64,000 nt of DNA from Candidatus Deferrimicrobiaceae bacterium (lineage in GTDB: Bacteria; Desulfobacterota; Deferrimicrobia; Deferrimicrobiales; Deferrimicrobiaceae), in NCBI GenBank assembly GCA_963792415.1, contig CAWBVY010000004.1, positions 1,167 to 65,166 of the forward strand. Reading direction: 5' to 3'. The notes beneath the pieces were generated by a model. It saw only the letters and a list, made by a program, of their open reading frames with translations. It was not told the origin of the DNA and searched no databases. Each line of letters opens with the position of its first letter. Position 1 is the first letter of the stretch. This document shows, piece after piece, positions 29,198-39,389 of this stretch. A program made the translations under genes and the position numbers.

Positions 29198-30562
29198 TCA
29201 CGCGCCGTTCCCCTTCCCCTCCACGCCGAGGACGCGGAGGAGGCGGGACAGGTAGGTCGGCGACAGCCCGAGGATCTCCGCCGCGCGCATCTTGCTCCCC
29301 CCCGCCTTGGCGATCGCCCGCCGGATCACCGCCCGCTTGTGCTCCCGGACGGATTCGTGGAACCTCTCCCCCTCGACGTCGGTCGGGGAGAGCACGCCTT
29401 CCGGCTCGGCCAGGCCGAGGCACAGGTCGCCGGGGGTCAGCGAATCGTCGTCCGAGAGCGCCACGGCGCGCGCGACGGCGTTCTCCAACTCGCGGATATT
29501 GCCGGGCCAGGGGTATCGGTCCATCGCCTCCGCCGTTCCCGGAGAAAGCGTCTTCCTGCCGACGCCCAGGTCCCGGCACGTTCGCCCGAGGAAATACTCC
29601 GCCAGCGGGACGAGATCCTCGCGCCGGTCCCGCAGCGGGGGGAGGTGGATCGGGATCCCGCTCACCCGGTAGTAGAGGTCCTCGCGGAACCGCCCCAGCG
29701 AAGTTTCCCGCTTCAGGTCCCGGTTCGACGCGCAGATCAGGCGCACGTCGGCGGTCAGGGTCTTCACGCCCCCCACCCGCTCGAACTCCCCGGCTTCGAG
29801 TACCCGGAGCAGCTTCCCCTGGGCGGCGAGCGGCACCTCGCCCACCTCGTCCAGAAAGAAGGTCCCCCCGTCGGCGAGTTCGAACCGTCCCTGCTTGGAT
29901 TGGACCGCCCCGGTGAACGCCCCCTTCTCGTAGCCGAACATCTCGGCCTCCCACAGCGTGGGGGGAATCGCGGCCCCGTTGATCTTGAGGAACGGCCCGT
30001 CGCGCCGACCGCTGATCCGGTGGATCGCCCGCGCCACCAGCTCCTTCCCCGTGCCGGTCTCCCCCGTGATCAGGACGGAGAAGGGCGACGCAGCGGCCTT
30101 TTCGATCACCTTCCGCACGTCGAGCCAGGCGGGGGAGCCCCCGACCATCCCGAACCATTCCCCCGTGGGGGCGCTCGCCCCCTCCCGGTCGACGGCCACG
30201 GACGTGGCCACCGCGTTGCCGACGACACGGAGCAGTTCCGCCTCGTCGAACGGCTTGGAGATGTAGTCGAACGCCCCGGCCCGCATCGCCTCGACCGCGT
30301 CCTCGATCTTCCCGAAGGCGGTGACGAGGATCACCGGCAGTTCCGGGTGCCGCTCGCGGCAACGGCGGAAGAGGGCGAGCCCGTCCATCTTCGGCATCCG
30401 GATATCGGTGATCAGGGCGTCGGCGCGTTGCGTCTCGAGCCACTCCGCCGCCGCCGCGCCGTCGGGCGTCGCCGCCACGTCGTACCCCTCCCGCGCCAGC
30501 GTCGCCTGCAGGACGCGACGGAGATTCCGGTCGTCTTCCGCCAGCAGAATCGTCCCCTTCAT
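29198..30562 (-). CDS. Sigma-54-dependent response regulator (NtrC family: REC + AAA+ + Fis-type HTH).
   Basis: DDRNLRRVL ... DIRMPKMDG; Walker A GETGTGKE; GAFTGA motif (EKGAFTGA); arginine finger region; C-terminal HTH GGSKMRAAEILGLSPTYLSRLL. Confidence 0.9.
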   Translation of the reverse strand: MKGTILLAEDDRNLRRVLQATLAREGYDVAATPDGAAAAEWLETQRADALITDIRMPKMDGLALFRRCRERHPELPVILVTAFGKIEDAVEAMRAGAFDYISKPFDEAELLRVVGNAVATSVAVDREGASAPTGEWFGMVGGSPAWLDVRKVIEKAAASPFSVLITGETGTGKELVARAIHRISGRRDGPFLKINGAAIPPTLWEAEMFGYEKGAFTGAVQSKQGRFELADGGTFFLDEVGEVPLAAQGKLLRVLEAGEFERVGGVKTLTADVRLICASNRDLKRETSLGRFREDLYYRVSGIPIHLPPLRDRREDLVPLAEYFLGRTCRDLGVGRKTLSPGTAEAMDRYPWPGNIRELENAVARAVALSDDDSLTPGDLCLGLAEPEGVLSPTDVEGERFHESVREHKRAVIRRAIAKAGGSKMRAAEILGLSPTYLSRLLRVLGVEGKGNGA

Positions 30563-30566
30563 TCGA

Positions 30567-32588
30567 TCAAGCCTCCGGAAGTTTCACGGTGAACCGGCTC
30601 CCCCGCCCGGGCGTCGTCTCCACCGATACGGACCCGCCGTTCTCCTCGACGATCCGCCGGCAGATGGCCAGCCCCATCCCGACACCGCGCTCCCGCGTCG
30701 TGAAGAAGGGGCGGAAGAGCTGGGGACGGTCCGCCTCGGGGATCCCCGCGCCGGTGTCCTCGACCGCGATCCGCGCCTCCCCGCCCTCCGAGGCCACGCG
30801 GACGGTGAGGTCCCCCGTCCCCGGCATCGCCTCGACCGCGTTCGTCAGAAGATTGTAGACCACCCGCTCGATCTCGGCCGGGTCCGCGTTCACCCGGGGA
30901 GGGGGCTCCTGGATCAGAACGTGCCGCCCCACCGTTCCCATGCGCTCCCCGCGCTCCCGCAGGAGGAGGGCGATCGCCTTCTCCACCGGCTCCTTCAGGG
31001 AGATCGTCTGCGGCCTGCGCTCCGTCGGGCGGGCGTACTCGAGGAACTCCGTGACCACGCCGTTCAGCCGGTCCGCCTCCTCGACGATGATGTCGAGGAA
31101 CTCCCGTTCCTTCGGACGCGCCTCGCGGGAGAGGAACTGCGCCGCCCCCTTGATCACCCCCGCCGGCGTGCGGACTTCGTGGGCCAGCCCCGCCGCCAGT
31201 TCCCCGACCGTCGCGAAGTGCTCCCGGCGCTGGATCCGCTGCTGCTGCCGGATGTTCTCCACGGCCAGCGCGATCCCGTCGAGGAAGGGAATGAGCAGGT
31301 CCATCTCCCGGAACGACGGCCGCTTGTCGCGCCAGTGGAAGAGGACGACCGCCTGGAGAGTCCCGCGCAGAAAGAGGGGAATCGAGGCGTCGAACGAGTC
31401 GTCCCAGATCGCCACGTCCGTGGCCTTCGACCCGCCGTGCTCCAGGATCCGCAACGCGGGGTACCGCTTCGTGAAGCGGGAGTAGGCGCGCAGGTACTCG
31501 TCGGGCCGCACGGGAAGCGTCCCGATCCCCTCGTCGGTCCCCCCCTCGGGGCGGACCCACAGCGACGCGCGCTCGACGAAGGGGACCTGCGCCAGGGCAT
31601 CCTCCACGGTGCGCCCGATCTCCGGGAGCGCCGTCGATTCGGGCAGCTTCCGCGCGAACCCGGATAACACCGACTGAACCCGGCGGGACTGCCGTACGAG
31701 CAGATCCGCGGAGATGCCGCCGAGTTTGCGCATCAGGAAGGGATAGAACGAGAGGAGGAAGAACGAGATGAGGAACACCCCCGCGAGGGGGAACCAGAAC
31801 TTCCGGCCGGAAACGACCTCCAACACCCCGAAGACCACGGCGAAGGCGAAGATCTGGATGACCAGCACGACCCCGCGTCCGACGATGTCGGGAAGCTCGA
31901 AGAAGTGGAGGTGCAGGATCCCCGTCGCCATGAAGTAGAAGAAGACGAGCACCGCGAACGCCGCCAGCGGCGGGAAGTCCACTCCGGTTCCGGGGAGGAA
32001 GTTGAGCGGCGCCACCAGGCTGGCGATTCCGCCCCCGACGACGAGGAACTGGTACTTCTTCCGCTCCACGGCGGAAGGGGAGTCGCGGAACCCGTGGCGG
32101 ACGATGACGTACAGCCCCGCGCCGAGGTACGGGTAGACGAACAGGAGCGCGGCGACGTTCCACAAGGGGGAGTCGAGGACCGGATCGTAAAAAATCGTCG
32201 CCGCGAACGCGACGCTCGCCCAGACGCCCGCGACGAAGACCGCCGGGAGCCATCGCGGGCGGGTCCGCACCGCGGCGCCGCAGTAGCGAAGGGCGAAGGG
32301 GGGGATGAACATCACTCCCGCCAGGCTCACCTTGTGCCAGAAGGTCGACGGGAGCGTCTTCCACAGGTACTCGGGGAAGCACCACAGGAAGATGAGGAGG
32401 GAAAGGTCGGAGAACGCCCTCGCCTCCGCGTCCCCCCGCGCGAAGGCGCGCAGATACACCGCGATGGCGATCGCCACCACCGCCGCGACCAGGCTCCCCT
32501 GCGCGTAATAATCCACGACCCCCCGCCGAACGTCGGAATGGAAACGGGCTACTGCGCGGAATTCTCCGCAATAGCCCGTCGGTGCCAT
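30567..32588 (-). CDS. Membrane sensor histidine kinase (multi-TM N-terminal sensor + HisKA + HATPase_c), partner of the NtrC-type regulator.
   Basis: ~9 predicted TM helices in the N-terminal 300 aa. H-box ELAAGLAHEVRTPAG. N-box LLTNAVEAM; G-boxes DTGAGIP / GVGMGLAI. Confidence 0.85.
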   Translation of the reverse strand: MAPTGYCGEFRAVARFHSDVRRGVVDYYAQGSLVAAVVAIAIAVYLRAFARGDAEARAFSDLSLLIFLWCFPEYLWKTLPSTFWHKVSLAGVMFIPPFALRYCGAAVRTRPRWLPAVFVAGVWASVAFAATIFYDPVLDSPLWNVAALLFVYPYLGAGLYVIVRHGFRDSPSAVERKKYQFLVVGGGIASLVAPLNFLPGTGVDFPPLAAFAVLVFFYFMATGILHLHFFELPDIVGRGVVLVIQIFAFAVVFGVLEVVSGRKFWFPLAGVFLISFFLLSFYPFLMRKLGGISADLLVRQSRRVQSVLSGFARKLPESTALPEIGRTVEDALAQVPFVERASLWVRPEGGTDEGIGTLPVRPDEYLRAYSRFTKRYPALRILEHGGSKATDVAIWDDSFDASIPLFLRGTLQAVVLFHWRDKRPSFREMDLLIPFLDGIALAVENIRQQQRIQRREHFATVGELAAGLAHEVRTPAGVIKGAAQFLSREARPKEREFLDIIVEEADRLNGVVTEFLEYARPTERRPQTISLKEPVEKAIALLLRERGERMGTVGRHVLIQEPPPRVNADPAEIERVVYNLLTNAVEAMPGTGDLTVRVASEGGEARIAVEDTGAGIPEADRPQLFRPFFTTRERGVGMGLAICRRIVEENGGSVSVETTPGRGSRFTVKLPEA

Positions 32589-32615
32589 CGCCTCCCGCGG
32601 GAGGCGATTTCCCGG

Positions 32616-33047
32616 TTACTTCCCCGCCTTCTTCCTACGGCCTTCCGCCAATTTCAACGCAAGCCCCTTCTCCTGGGCGATCTTCTTCTTCGCCTCCGAA
32701 TATTTCCGGGCGACGAGGGGGGTCTTCGACGGGACGCCGAACGCCTTCCGGTACTCCTTCGGGTTCATCTGGTGGCTGACGGCGATATGCTTTTTCAGCG
32801 TGGTGAATCCTTTACCGCAAACAAGGCAAATGACCTTGTCGGCGCCAAACGCCTTATTCACCGGAACGGCCGGCTTTAACTCCCCGGAGATTTCCGCCCC
32901 TTCCCCGCCCTCGGAGCCGGCAAGGCTCAGTAACTTATGGAACACCGACTGCAATTCCTCAAGAAGCTCTTCCTTCCCCATCTCATTTACCGAAGCGTGC
33001 GCCGACACAATATCCGTCGTGAGTTCCAACAGCGCCTTCTTGTCCAT
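32616..33047 (-). CDS. mucR: MucR/Ros-family zinc-finger transcriptional regulator.
   Basis: DKVICLVCGKGFTTLKKHIAVSHQMNPKEYRKAFGVPSKTPLVARKYSEAKKKIA matches the Ros/MucR C2H2/C2H3-type DNA-binding domain. Start MDKKALLEL at 33047 with RBS GGAGGG. Confidence 0.8.
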   Translation of the reverse strand: MDKKALLELTTDIVSAHASVNEMGKEELLEELQSVFHKLLSLAGSEGGEGAEISGELKPAVPVNKAFGADKVICLVCGKGFTTLKKHIAVSHQMNPKEYRKAFGVPSKTPLVARKYSEAKKKIAQEKGLALKLAEGRRKKAGK

Positions 33048-33370
33048 GGTTCCCTCCAGGATTTTCTGTATTAGTGTCTTTATTCTCTTAAAATTATCCC
33101 ATGATGTCAACACGGGATCGTATTATTTACAAAAACATACGGACCGAATTCCAAAAGAAAGGCGGTTTATTCCCGCCTTTTCGATGCCGGAGTGCGTGAC
33201 AGCGTTCCCGGAAAGACGGATTCCTTGTACAATGTCGAAAATCCGGGGGAAAGGACCGACCCGTCACCCATCGCGCCCCCATACACCCGCCGCAAGCCGG
33301 CGACGCACCGATCCCGCCGCCGATCCTCGTCGCGTGCGCGCTGACGCTCGTCCTGTATCTCGGTGCCTAC

Positions 33371-34471
33371 ATGCGCCTCCCCCTGGTCCCGTTGTTCGCG
33401 CGAGGACTGGGAGCCTCCACCGTCGACGTCGGCATGATCAACGCCGGCTTCATGCTCGCGGCGGCCGCCCTCGCCCTCCCGCTGGGGCTCATGTCCGACC
33501 GCCTCGGACGGAAGCGCCTCATCCTCGCCGGGATGGGGATCTCCTGCCTGACCTCCCTCTTTCTGCTCGTGGCCAGGACTCCCCTGCACGTCGGGCTGAT
33601 CTACCTGTTCTCCGGAGTGGGACTCGCCTGTTTCTCCCCCGCGATGATGTCCCACGTGGGGGATTCCAGCCCGCCGAACTTCCTCGGGCGGGCGTACGGG
33701 TGGTACACCTCCGCCCTTTACCTCGGGATGGCGCTCGGGCCGGGCTTCGGCGGTGCCGTCGCGACGAAAGGATTCGGGACCGCCTTCGCGGTCTCCGCCG
33801 CGATCATCGGCGCGGGGGTGATCGTGGCGGGCTTCCGTGTCGGGAACCCGGCCCCGTCGGCCCAGCGGCCCTTCGGGGGGGGGAATCTCCGCTCGGACTT
33901 CGCCGAGATCCTCCGCAACCGGGCCGTCCTGGGCTGCTGGGTCGCCACCTTCTTCTCTACCTACGCGTGGGGGTCCTTGTTCGCCTTCTTTCCGCTTTAC
34001 GCAAAGGACATCGGGATCTCGATCCCCCAGACCGGCCTCATCTTCACGGCCCAGGCGGGCGTCAACGCCCTCTGCCGCATCCCGATCGGCCATCTGCAGG
34101 ACCGGACGGGGAACCGGCGCTCCTTCATCCTCTGGGGGACCTCCCTGTTCGGGCTCTGCATCGCCCTCACCGGGACGGCGCGGGGGCCGCTGCCGCTCTA
34201 CCTTCTTTTCGCCGGCGTCGGCGCCACGATGGCGGCGACGTTCACGGCGGTCGGCGCCGTCCTGTCGGAATCGGTGGACACGCGCGTCCGCGGATTGGCG
34301 ATGGGGGGGTACAACACGTGCATCTACGGCGGTTTCATGGTCTCCGCGGCCACACTCGGGTTCGTGATCCAGCGGATGGGGTTCGCCGCGGGGTTCGCGG
34401 CCGCGGGCCTGTCGTGCGCCGTCGCGACGGCCGGAGTGGCCGGATTGCTGCCGCGAACGCGTCGTTCCTGA
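33371..34471 (+). CDS. MFS transporter. The N-terminal TM1 appears to lie upstream of the first ATG.
   Basis: Typical MFS loop motifs (GLMSDRLGRKR; GPGFGG). 11 TM segments from ATG 33371. The in-frame upstream sequence encodes a TM1-like segment PILVACALTLVLYLGAY with no canonical start codon. Confidence 0.7.
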   Translation: MRLPLVPLFARGLGASTVDVGMINAGFMLAAAALALPLGLMSDRLGRKRLILAGMGISCLTSLFLLVARTPLHVGLIYLFSGVGLACFSPAMMSHVGDSSPPNFLGRAYGWYTSALYLGMALGPGFGGAVATKGFGTAFAVSAAIIGAGVIVAGFRVGNPAPSAQRPFGGGNLRSDFAEILRNRAVLGCWVATFFSTYAWGSLFAFFPLYAKDIGISIPQTGLIFTAQAGVNALCRIPIGHLQDRTGNRRSFILWGTSLFGLCIALTGTARGPLPLYLLFAGVGATMAATFTAVGAVLSESVDTRVRGLAMGGYNTCIYGGFMVSAATLGFVIQRMGFAAGFAAAGLSCAVATAGVAGLLPRTRRS

Positions 34472-34521
34472 CCGGGCGCCCCCGTCGGTTACGGACGTCC
34501 TCCGAAGAAGGGGTGTTTCGT

Positions 34522-35517
34522 TCAGGCCGGGGCGGCGGCGGAAGCGGGGGCGTACACGCTCTCGGCCTCGGCGACGAGTCGGTCGATCAACTCCTTCACG
34601 CTCGGGATGTCCTTGATCCTCCAGACGTTCTCCCCCGTGAAGACCAGCCCTTCCTTCGTGTCCCCGTCACGCGACATGTCGAGGCGGTCGATGATGCAGA
34701 AGCTGTGGCTGCAACTCTTCAGGCACCCCCGCCGGCATTCCCCGTCGTAGACGTCCCCGCCTGCGAAGAAGCGCTCGAGGAACGGGTTGCGGATCGCGCG
34801 CCCGGGGAGCCCCACGGGGGATTTCATCAGGACCACGTCCTCCTTGCGGGCGTTCAGATACGTCTGCTTGAAGTTGTCGGACACGTCGCACTCCTTCGTG
34901 AGGACGAAGCGCGTGGCCATCTGGACCGCGTCGGCGCCGAACTTCCCCATCATCTCCGCGATCTCGTAGCCGTCGGTAATGCCTCCCGCGGCGATCAGGG
35001 GGACCTTCTTCACCACCTTGCGAACCTCGGGGAAAAGTTCGCGCAGCGGCCGGTCGGTCCCGAGGTGCCCGCCCGCCTCCTTCGCTTCCACGACGATCGC
35101 GTCCGCGCCGCTTCGCTCCGCGAGCTTGCCGAACTCCGGGGAGGAGACGATGGAGACGATGGGGACGTTGTGATCCTTCCCCACCTTGAAGACGTCGCGG
35201 GAGAACCCTGCCCCGGTGACGATCATGTCCACGCCCGCCTCGATCGACGCCATGACCACTTCCATGAACTGCTTGACCGCGAACATGATGTTGACGGCCA
35301 CGATGCCGCTCGTCATCCGTTTCGCCTTGCGGATGTCCTCCTGCAGTTCGTCGATCGGAATCCCGGATCCGCCGATCGTGCCGATCCCGCCGCATTCCGC
35401 CACCGCAGCCGCCAGCGACGACGTGGAGACGCGGACCGACATCCCTCCCTGGACAATGGGTATCTTTGCCTTGAACCGGCCGATGGTTAGTTCCGGAAGC
35501 TTCACGATCCCCTCCAA
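34522..35517 (-). CDS. Nitronate monooxygenase (NMO / 2-nitropropane dioxygenase family, FMN-dependent).
   Basis: IVQGGMSVRVSTSSLAAAVAECGGIGTIG ... AAGGITDG ... TRF (NMO family signatures). 331 aa. Confidence 0.8.
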   Translation of the reverse strand: MEGIVKLPELTIGRFKAKIPIVQGGMSVRVSTSSLAAAVAECGGIGTIGGSGIPIDELQEDIRKAKRMTSGIVAVNIMFAVKQFMEVVMASIEAGVDMIVTGAGFSRDVFKVGKDHNVPIVSIVSSPEFGKLAERSGADAIVVEAKEAGGHLGTDRPLRELFPEVRKVVKKVPLIAAGGITDGYEIAEMMGKFGADAVQMATRFVLTKECDVSDNFKQTYLNARKEDVVLMKSPVGLPGRAIRNPFLERFFAGGDVYDGECRRGCLKSCSHSFCIIDRLDMSRDGDTKEGLVFTGENVWRIKDIPSVKELIDRLVAEAESVYAPASAAAPA

Positions 35518-35589
35518 CGAGAATATGTAAACCTCAATTATAAACGAAAACGCCGTTTTGCCACTTCGAAAAGCAGGATTGTCCCGGAT

Positions 35590-36453
35590 TCATACGGAGC
35601 AGGGGACCGCCCGCCCCGGCAGGAGAGCGGTCCGGAACGGGCGGCCGGGAAGTACCCCGCAGCGGCAGTCGGCCGCGATCCTGGAAAGCGGATGAATCGC
35701 GTAGCCGCGGTCGGACGCCCCGCGCAGGATCTCCGCGAAAGCCTCGCTCCAGATTCCGCCTTCCGCCTCCGCGTGCACCGGGAAGACGTGGACACCCCCG
35801 GCGTCGAGCGCGGAGAGGATCCGGGGAACCCCGCTCCTGCCCCCGACCTCCTCCAGGCACGGCAGGTCGGAGGGGACCTCGACGAGACCGGTTCCCTCGA
35901 GGACGAACGGAGCGGCGGCCCGCGTGCAGCTGAGGTATTCGAGCGGAATCTCCCGCAACACGCCCACCGCCTCTTCCGTGAGCAGCCATGCCGGCGCCCC
36001 GAAAGCGCGCGGACGGTGTCCGAGGACCTCCTCGTAGGACTCGAATCCCCGGAGAAACCACTCCCGGATCCACGCGGCCTTTCTCCGTGGGAGGCTGTCC
36101 TGCCACGCCCGGTGGTCCCAGGCGTGGAACTCCACCTCGTGCCCGCGGTTCTCTATTTCCCGGCAAAGGCCGGGAAGGGCGGAGGCGATCCTCGGGGCGG
36201 GAAGGAGCGTGCCGTACAGCGCGGTCCGGAAGCCGTACAGCCCGGGGGCGTTCGTGCGGAGCATCTTGACGAGGAAGCGCGGGTTCCGCAGGAGCTGGTA
36301 CACGGCCTTCCCCGAGTTGTCGGGCCCGAACGAGAGGAAGAACGTCGCGGGGACGCGGAACGCTCCGAGCGTCTCGAGCAGGGACGGGACGCCGCGCTCC
36401 ATCCCTCGCCGCGTGTCGACGTCGACCTTGAGCGCCAGGATCCGCTTCTCCAA
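35590..36453 (-). CDS. arnD: 4-deoxy-4-formamido-L-arabinose-phosphoundecaprenol deformylase ArnD (polysaccharide deacetylase fold).
   Basis: ILALKVDVDTRRGMERGVPSLLETLGAFRVPATFFLSFGPDN ... HEVEFHAWDHRAWQ aligns closely with E. coli ArnD (LRIDVDTFRGTREGVP ... FSVGPDN ... HAWDHHAWQ). Start is uncertain: TTG 36453 (which overlaps the arnA-DH stop) or ATG 36501. Confidence 0.85.
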   Translation of the reverse strand: MEKRILALKVDVDTRRGMERGVPSLLETLGAFRVPATFFLSFGPDNSGKAVYQLLRNPRFLVKMLRTNAPGLYGFRTALYGTLLPAPRIASALPGLCREIENRGHEVEFHAWDHRAWQDSLPRRKAAWIREWFLRGFESYEEVLGHRPRAFGAPAWLLTEEAVGVLREIPLEYLSCTRAAAPFVLEGTGLVEVPSDLPCLEEVGGRSGVPRILSALDAGGVHVFPVHAEAEGGIWSEAFAEILRGASDRGYAIHPLSRIAADCRCGVLPGRPFRTALLPGRAVPCSV

Positions 36454-36457
36454 AGGT

Positions 36458-37489
36458 TTACCGACCGGCGCGGGAGTCGTCCGCCTCGGCGAGGAAGGCA
36501 TCCAGGGTCTTCTTCAGCGCCGTCTTCATCGGCACCTTCGGCTCCCACCCGAGGATCTCCTTCGCGCGCCGGATGGAGGGGGTCCGCGTCTGGATGTCCT
36601 GGTACCCTTCGCCGTAGAACTGCTTCGAGTTGACCTCGACGATCGGGGGGATCTTCTTCCCGCGGTTCCGGGGGTGCTTCGCGTACAGCGCACGGAGCAT
36701 CCCGGCGAGCTCCCGGACCGAGTGGTCGTTCGCCGGGTTCCCGATGTTGAAGATCCCGCCGTTCGCGCAGCCGTTCCTGTTCGTGAGGATCTTCATCAGC
36801 CCGGCGATCCCGTCGTCCACGTAGGTGAAGCAGCGGCGCTGCTCCCCGCCGTCCACCACCTGGATCGGCTTCCCGAGGTACAGGTCGGCGATGAACTGCG
36901 TGACGACGCGGGAGCTCCCCTCCTTGGCGGTCTCGATCGAGTCGAGCCGCGGCCCGATCCAGTTGAAGGGGCGGAAGAGGGTGAAGGCGAGCCCCTGCCG
37001 GCCATACGCCCAGATGACCCGGTCCAGCATCTGCTTGGAGCAGGAGTAGATCCACCGCTCCTTGGCGATCGGCCCGAGGACCAGCGGCGAGTTCTCCTCG
37101 TCGAACTCCTTGTCCGCGCACATCCCGTACACCTCGGAGGTGGAGGGGAAGACGATCCGCTTTCCGTACCGATGCACCTGCCGGACGATGCGCAGGTTCT
37201 CCTCGAAGTCGAGCTCGAAGACCGACAACGGCCGCTCGACGTAGACCTTCGGGGTTGCGATCGCCACCAGCGGCAGGATCACGTCGGCCTTCTTTATGTG
37301 GTACTCGATCCACTCCTTGTTGATCGAGATGTCGCCCTCGACGAAGTCGAACCGGGGATGCTTCGCCGATATTCCCAGGCGCTCGGCGGAAAGGTCCATC
37401 CCGTAGATCTTCCAGTCGGTCTCCTTCAGGATCCTGGCCGTCAGGTGATGACCGATGAACCCGTTCACTCCCAGGATCAGGACCTTCAT
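36458..37489 (-). CDS. arnA: UDP-glucuronic acid decarboxylase (ArnA C-terminal dehydrogenase domain, encoded as a separate ORF).
   Basis: [21 protein letters not shown] ... [32 protein letters not shown] ... [11 protein letters not shown] ... [15 protein letters not shown] is near-colinear with E. coli ArnA residues 314-660. RBS GGAGG. The ATG overlaps the upstream TGA (ATGA). Confidence 0.9.
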   Translation of the reverse strand: MKVLILGVNGFIGHHLTARILKETDWKIYGMDLSAERLGISAKHPRFDFVEGDISINKEWIEYHIKKADVILPLVAIATPKVYVERPLSVFELDFEENLRIVRQVHRYGKRIVFPSTSEVYGMCADKEFDEENSPLVLGPIAKERWIYSCSKQMLDRVIWAYGRQGLAFTLFRPFNWIGPRLDSIETAKEGSSRVVTQFIADLYLGKPIQVVDGGEQRRCFTYVDDGIAGLMKILTNRNGCANGGIFNIGNPANDHSVRELAGMLRALYAKHPRNRGKKIPPIVEVNSKQFYGEGYQDIQTRTPSIRRAKEILGWEPKVPMKTALKKTLDAFLAEADDSRAGR

Positions 37490-38470
37490 GAAAGCCTCCC
37501 GTTCGCGGCGCCGGCGAGCAGGTCGACGATCGCCTCCCCCTTCGCCGTCCGCGTTCTCCATTCGATTTCCTCCAGTTGAAGCCACCCTTCCCCCGTCCCG
37601 ACGACGACCCGGCGCGGAGCGGATACCGGCGCGGCGCACCCCCCGGCCATCGCGAACGACGGTCCGCCGGAAACGCGGATCGTCCCCGGAGACGGCATGC
37701 TCCCCGCCGCCGCCGGCAGGGGGATCGACCACCACACCGAGAGTTTCTCCCCCGCGAGTTCGGTGAACGCCCCGGGGTAGGGGCGGGTGACCGCGCGGAC
37801 GAGGTTGTAGATCTCGACCGCCGGCCGGGACCAGTCGATCCGCCCGTCCTCGGGCCGGCGCCCGCCGAAGTAGCTCCCGCGGGCGAGGTCGTTCGGGCTC
37901 CGCGGGATCGCCCCGTTCGCGATCCGGGGGAGCAGGTCGGCGAGGAGCCGCGAAGCGGCATCCTCCATCTTCCCGAACAGCGTGAGCGCCGTGTCGTCGA
38001 ACGCGATCGGCACCGCCGCCTGGCCCACGATATCCCCCGCGTCGGGCTTCTCCGTCATGAAGTGGAGGGTCACCCCGGTTTCCGTCTCCCCCTTGACGAG
38101 CACCCAGTTGACCGGCGCCCTTCCCCGGTACTTCGGCAGCAGCGAGCCGTGGAGGTTCATCGCCCCCAGCGGCGGGATCTCGAGGATCTCCTTTTTCAGC
38201 ATCGACCGGTAGTAGAAGGAGAAGAGCAGGTCGGGCTGCGCTTCCCGGATCCGGTCCGGCCACGGCGGCGCGTTGACGTCCTTCGGGGAAAATACCGGGA
38301 TCCCCCGCTCCCGGCAGAACGCCGTCACGGAGCCGAACCACCGGTTCTCCCCCGGGTCGTCCTCGTGGGACAGGACCATCGGGATCGCGAAGCCGCTGTC
38401 GAGGAGGGCGCGGATCCCGACGATCCCCATGTTGTGATACGCGAAGACGACCGCCCGCAAGGAGTTCACC
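37486..38470 (-). CDS. arnA: UDP-4-amino-4-deoxy-L-arabinose formyltransferase (ArnA N-terminal domain, encoded as a separate ORF).
   Basis: [22 protein letters not shown] ... [55 protein letters not shown] matches E. coli ArnA 1-300 ([30 protein letters not shown]). GTG 38470 or TTG 38460 start. Confidence 0.85.
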
Positions 38471-39389
38471 CTTCGTGGAGCTTGCGGATCGTGAAGCGCG
38501 GGCGCTTGCGGACCTCGTGGTAGATGCGCCCGACGTACTGCCCCATGATCCCGAGGGCGAAGAAGAGGGTCCCCACGAAGAAGAACAGGACGGCGAACAG
38601 GGTAAAGATGCCGTTCGCGGCCCACGCGGCCCCGTAGAAGATCCGCATCACGACGAGCAGCGCGCCGAAGGCGACGCCGAGAAAGGCCATCCCGGTCCCC
38701 AGGTAGAGGAGCACGCGCAGGGGGAACTCCGAGAACGAGGTGAGCAGGTCGAACTGGAGGTTCAGGAGCCTCCACAGGTTGTAGTTGGACGCCCCCGCGT
38801 GCCGCTCCGCGTGCCCCACGGGGATCTCCGTCATCCTCTTCGCGAAGAGGGTCGCCAGGGCGGGGATGAACGTGGAGTACTCCTGGCTCTCCACCATCCG
38901 GTCCACCACCTCGCGCCGGTACCCGCGCAGCATGCACCCCCAGTCGTTCATGCGGATCCCCGTGATCCGGCGGGTCATCGCGTTCACGATCCGCGAAGGG
39001 ATCTTCCGCAGGATCGAGTCTTTCCGCATCTCCCGGACCGTCCCGACGACTTCGAAGTTCCCTTCCTCCATCGCGCGCACGATGGCGGGGATCTCCTCGG
39101 GAGGGTTCTGCAGGTCCGCGTCGATCGTGATGACGATCTCCCCCCGGACGATGGAAAATCCCGAGATGATCGCCGCGTGCTGCCCGTAATTCCGGGTGAG
39201 TTCGAGGACCCGGACGCCGTCGCGCCCGAGGAGCCCTTTCAGCACCTCGAGGGAGTGGTCCCGGCTGCCGTCGTCGACGTAGATGATCTCGTACGCCCGC
39301 TCCGTCTTCCGCAGCGCCGCCTCGAGCCGGTCCATCAGGAGAAGGAGGTTCTTCTCCTCGTTGTAGACGGGGACGACGACGGAGATCAT
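38466..39389 (-). CDS. arnC: Undecaprenyl-phosphate 4-deoxy-4-formamido-L-arabinose transferase ArnC (GT2).
   Basis: [15 protein letters not shown] ... [11 protein letters not shown] ... [15 protein letters not shown]; C-terminal 2 TM. ATGA overlap with arnB. Confidence 0.9.
   Translation of the reverse strand: MISVVVPVYNEEKNLLLLMDRLEAALRKTERAYEIIYVDDGSRDHSLEVLKGLLGRDGVRVLELTRNYGQHAAIISGFSIVRGEIVITIDADLQNPPEEIPAIVRAMEEGNFEVVGTVREMRKDSILRKIPSRIVNAMTRRITGIRMNDWGCMLRGYRREVVDRMVESQEYSTFIPALATLFAKRMTEIPVGHAERHAGASNYNLWRLLNLQFDLLTSFSEFPLRVLLYLGTGMAFLGVAFGALLVVMRIFYGAAWAANGIFTLFAVLFFFVGTLFFALGIMGQYVGRIYHEVRKRPRFTIRKLHEG

Noticed and set aside
32800-35490. 896-aa plus-strand ORF covering the MFS and NMO genes
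   Set aside because: Reads through two well-supported genes on different frames and strands. Composition-driven artefact.
36153-38341. 602-627 aa minus-strand ORFs spanning arnD/arnA
   Set aside because: These are upstream read-through extensions and off-frame artefacts. The true genes are delimited by RBS-proximal starts and by colinearity with E. coli ArnA/ArnD.
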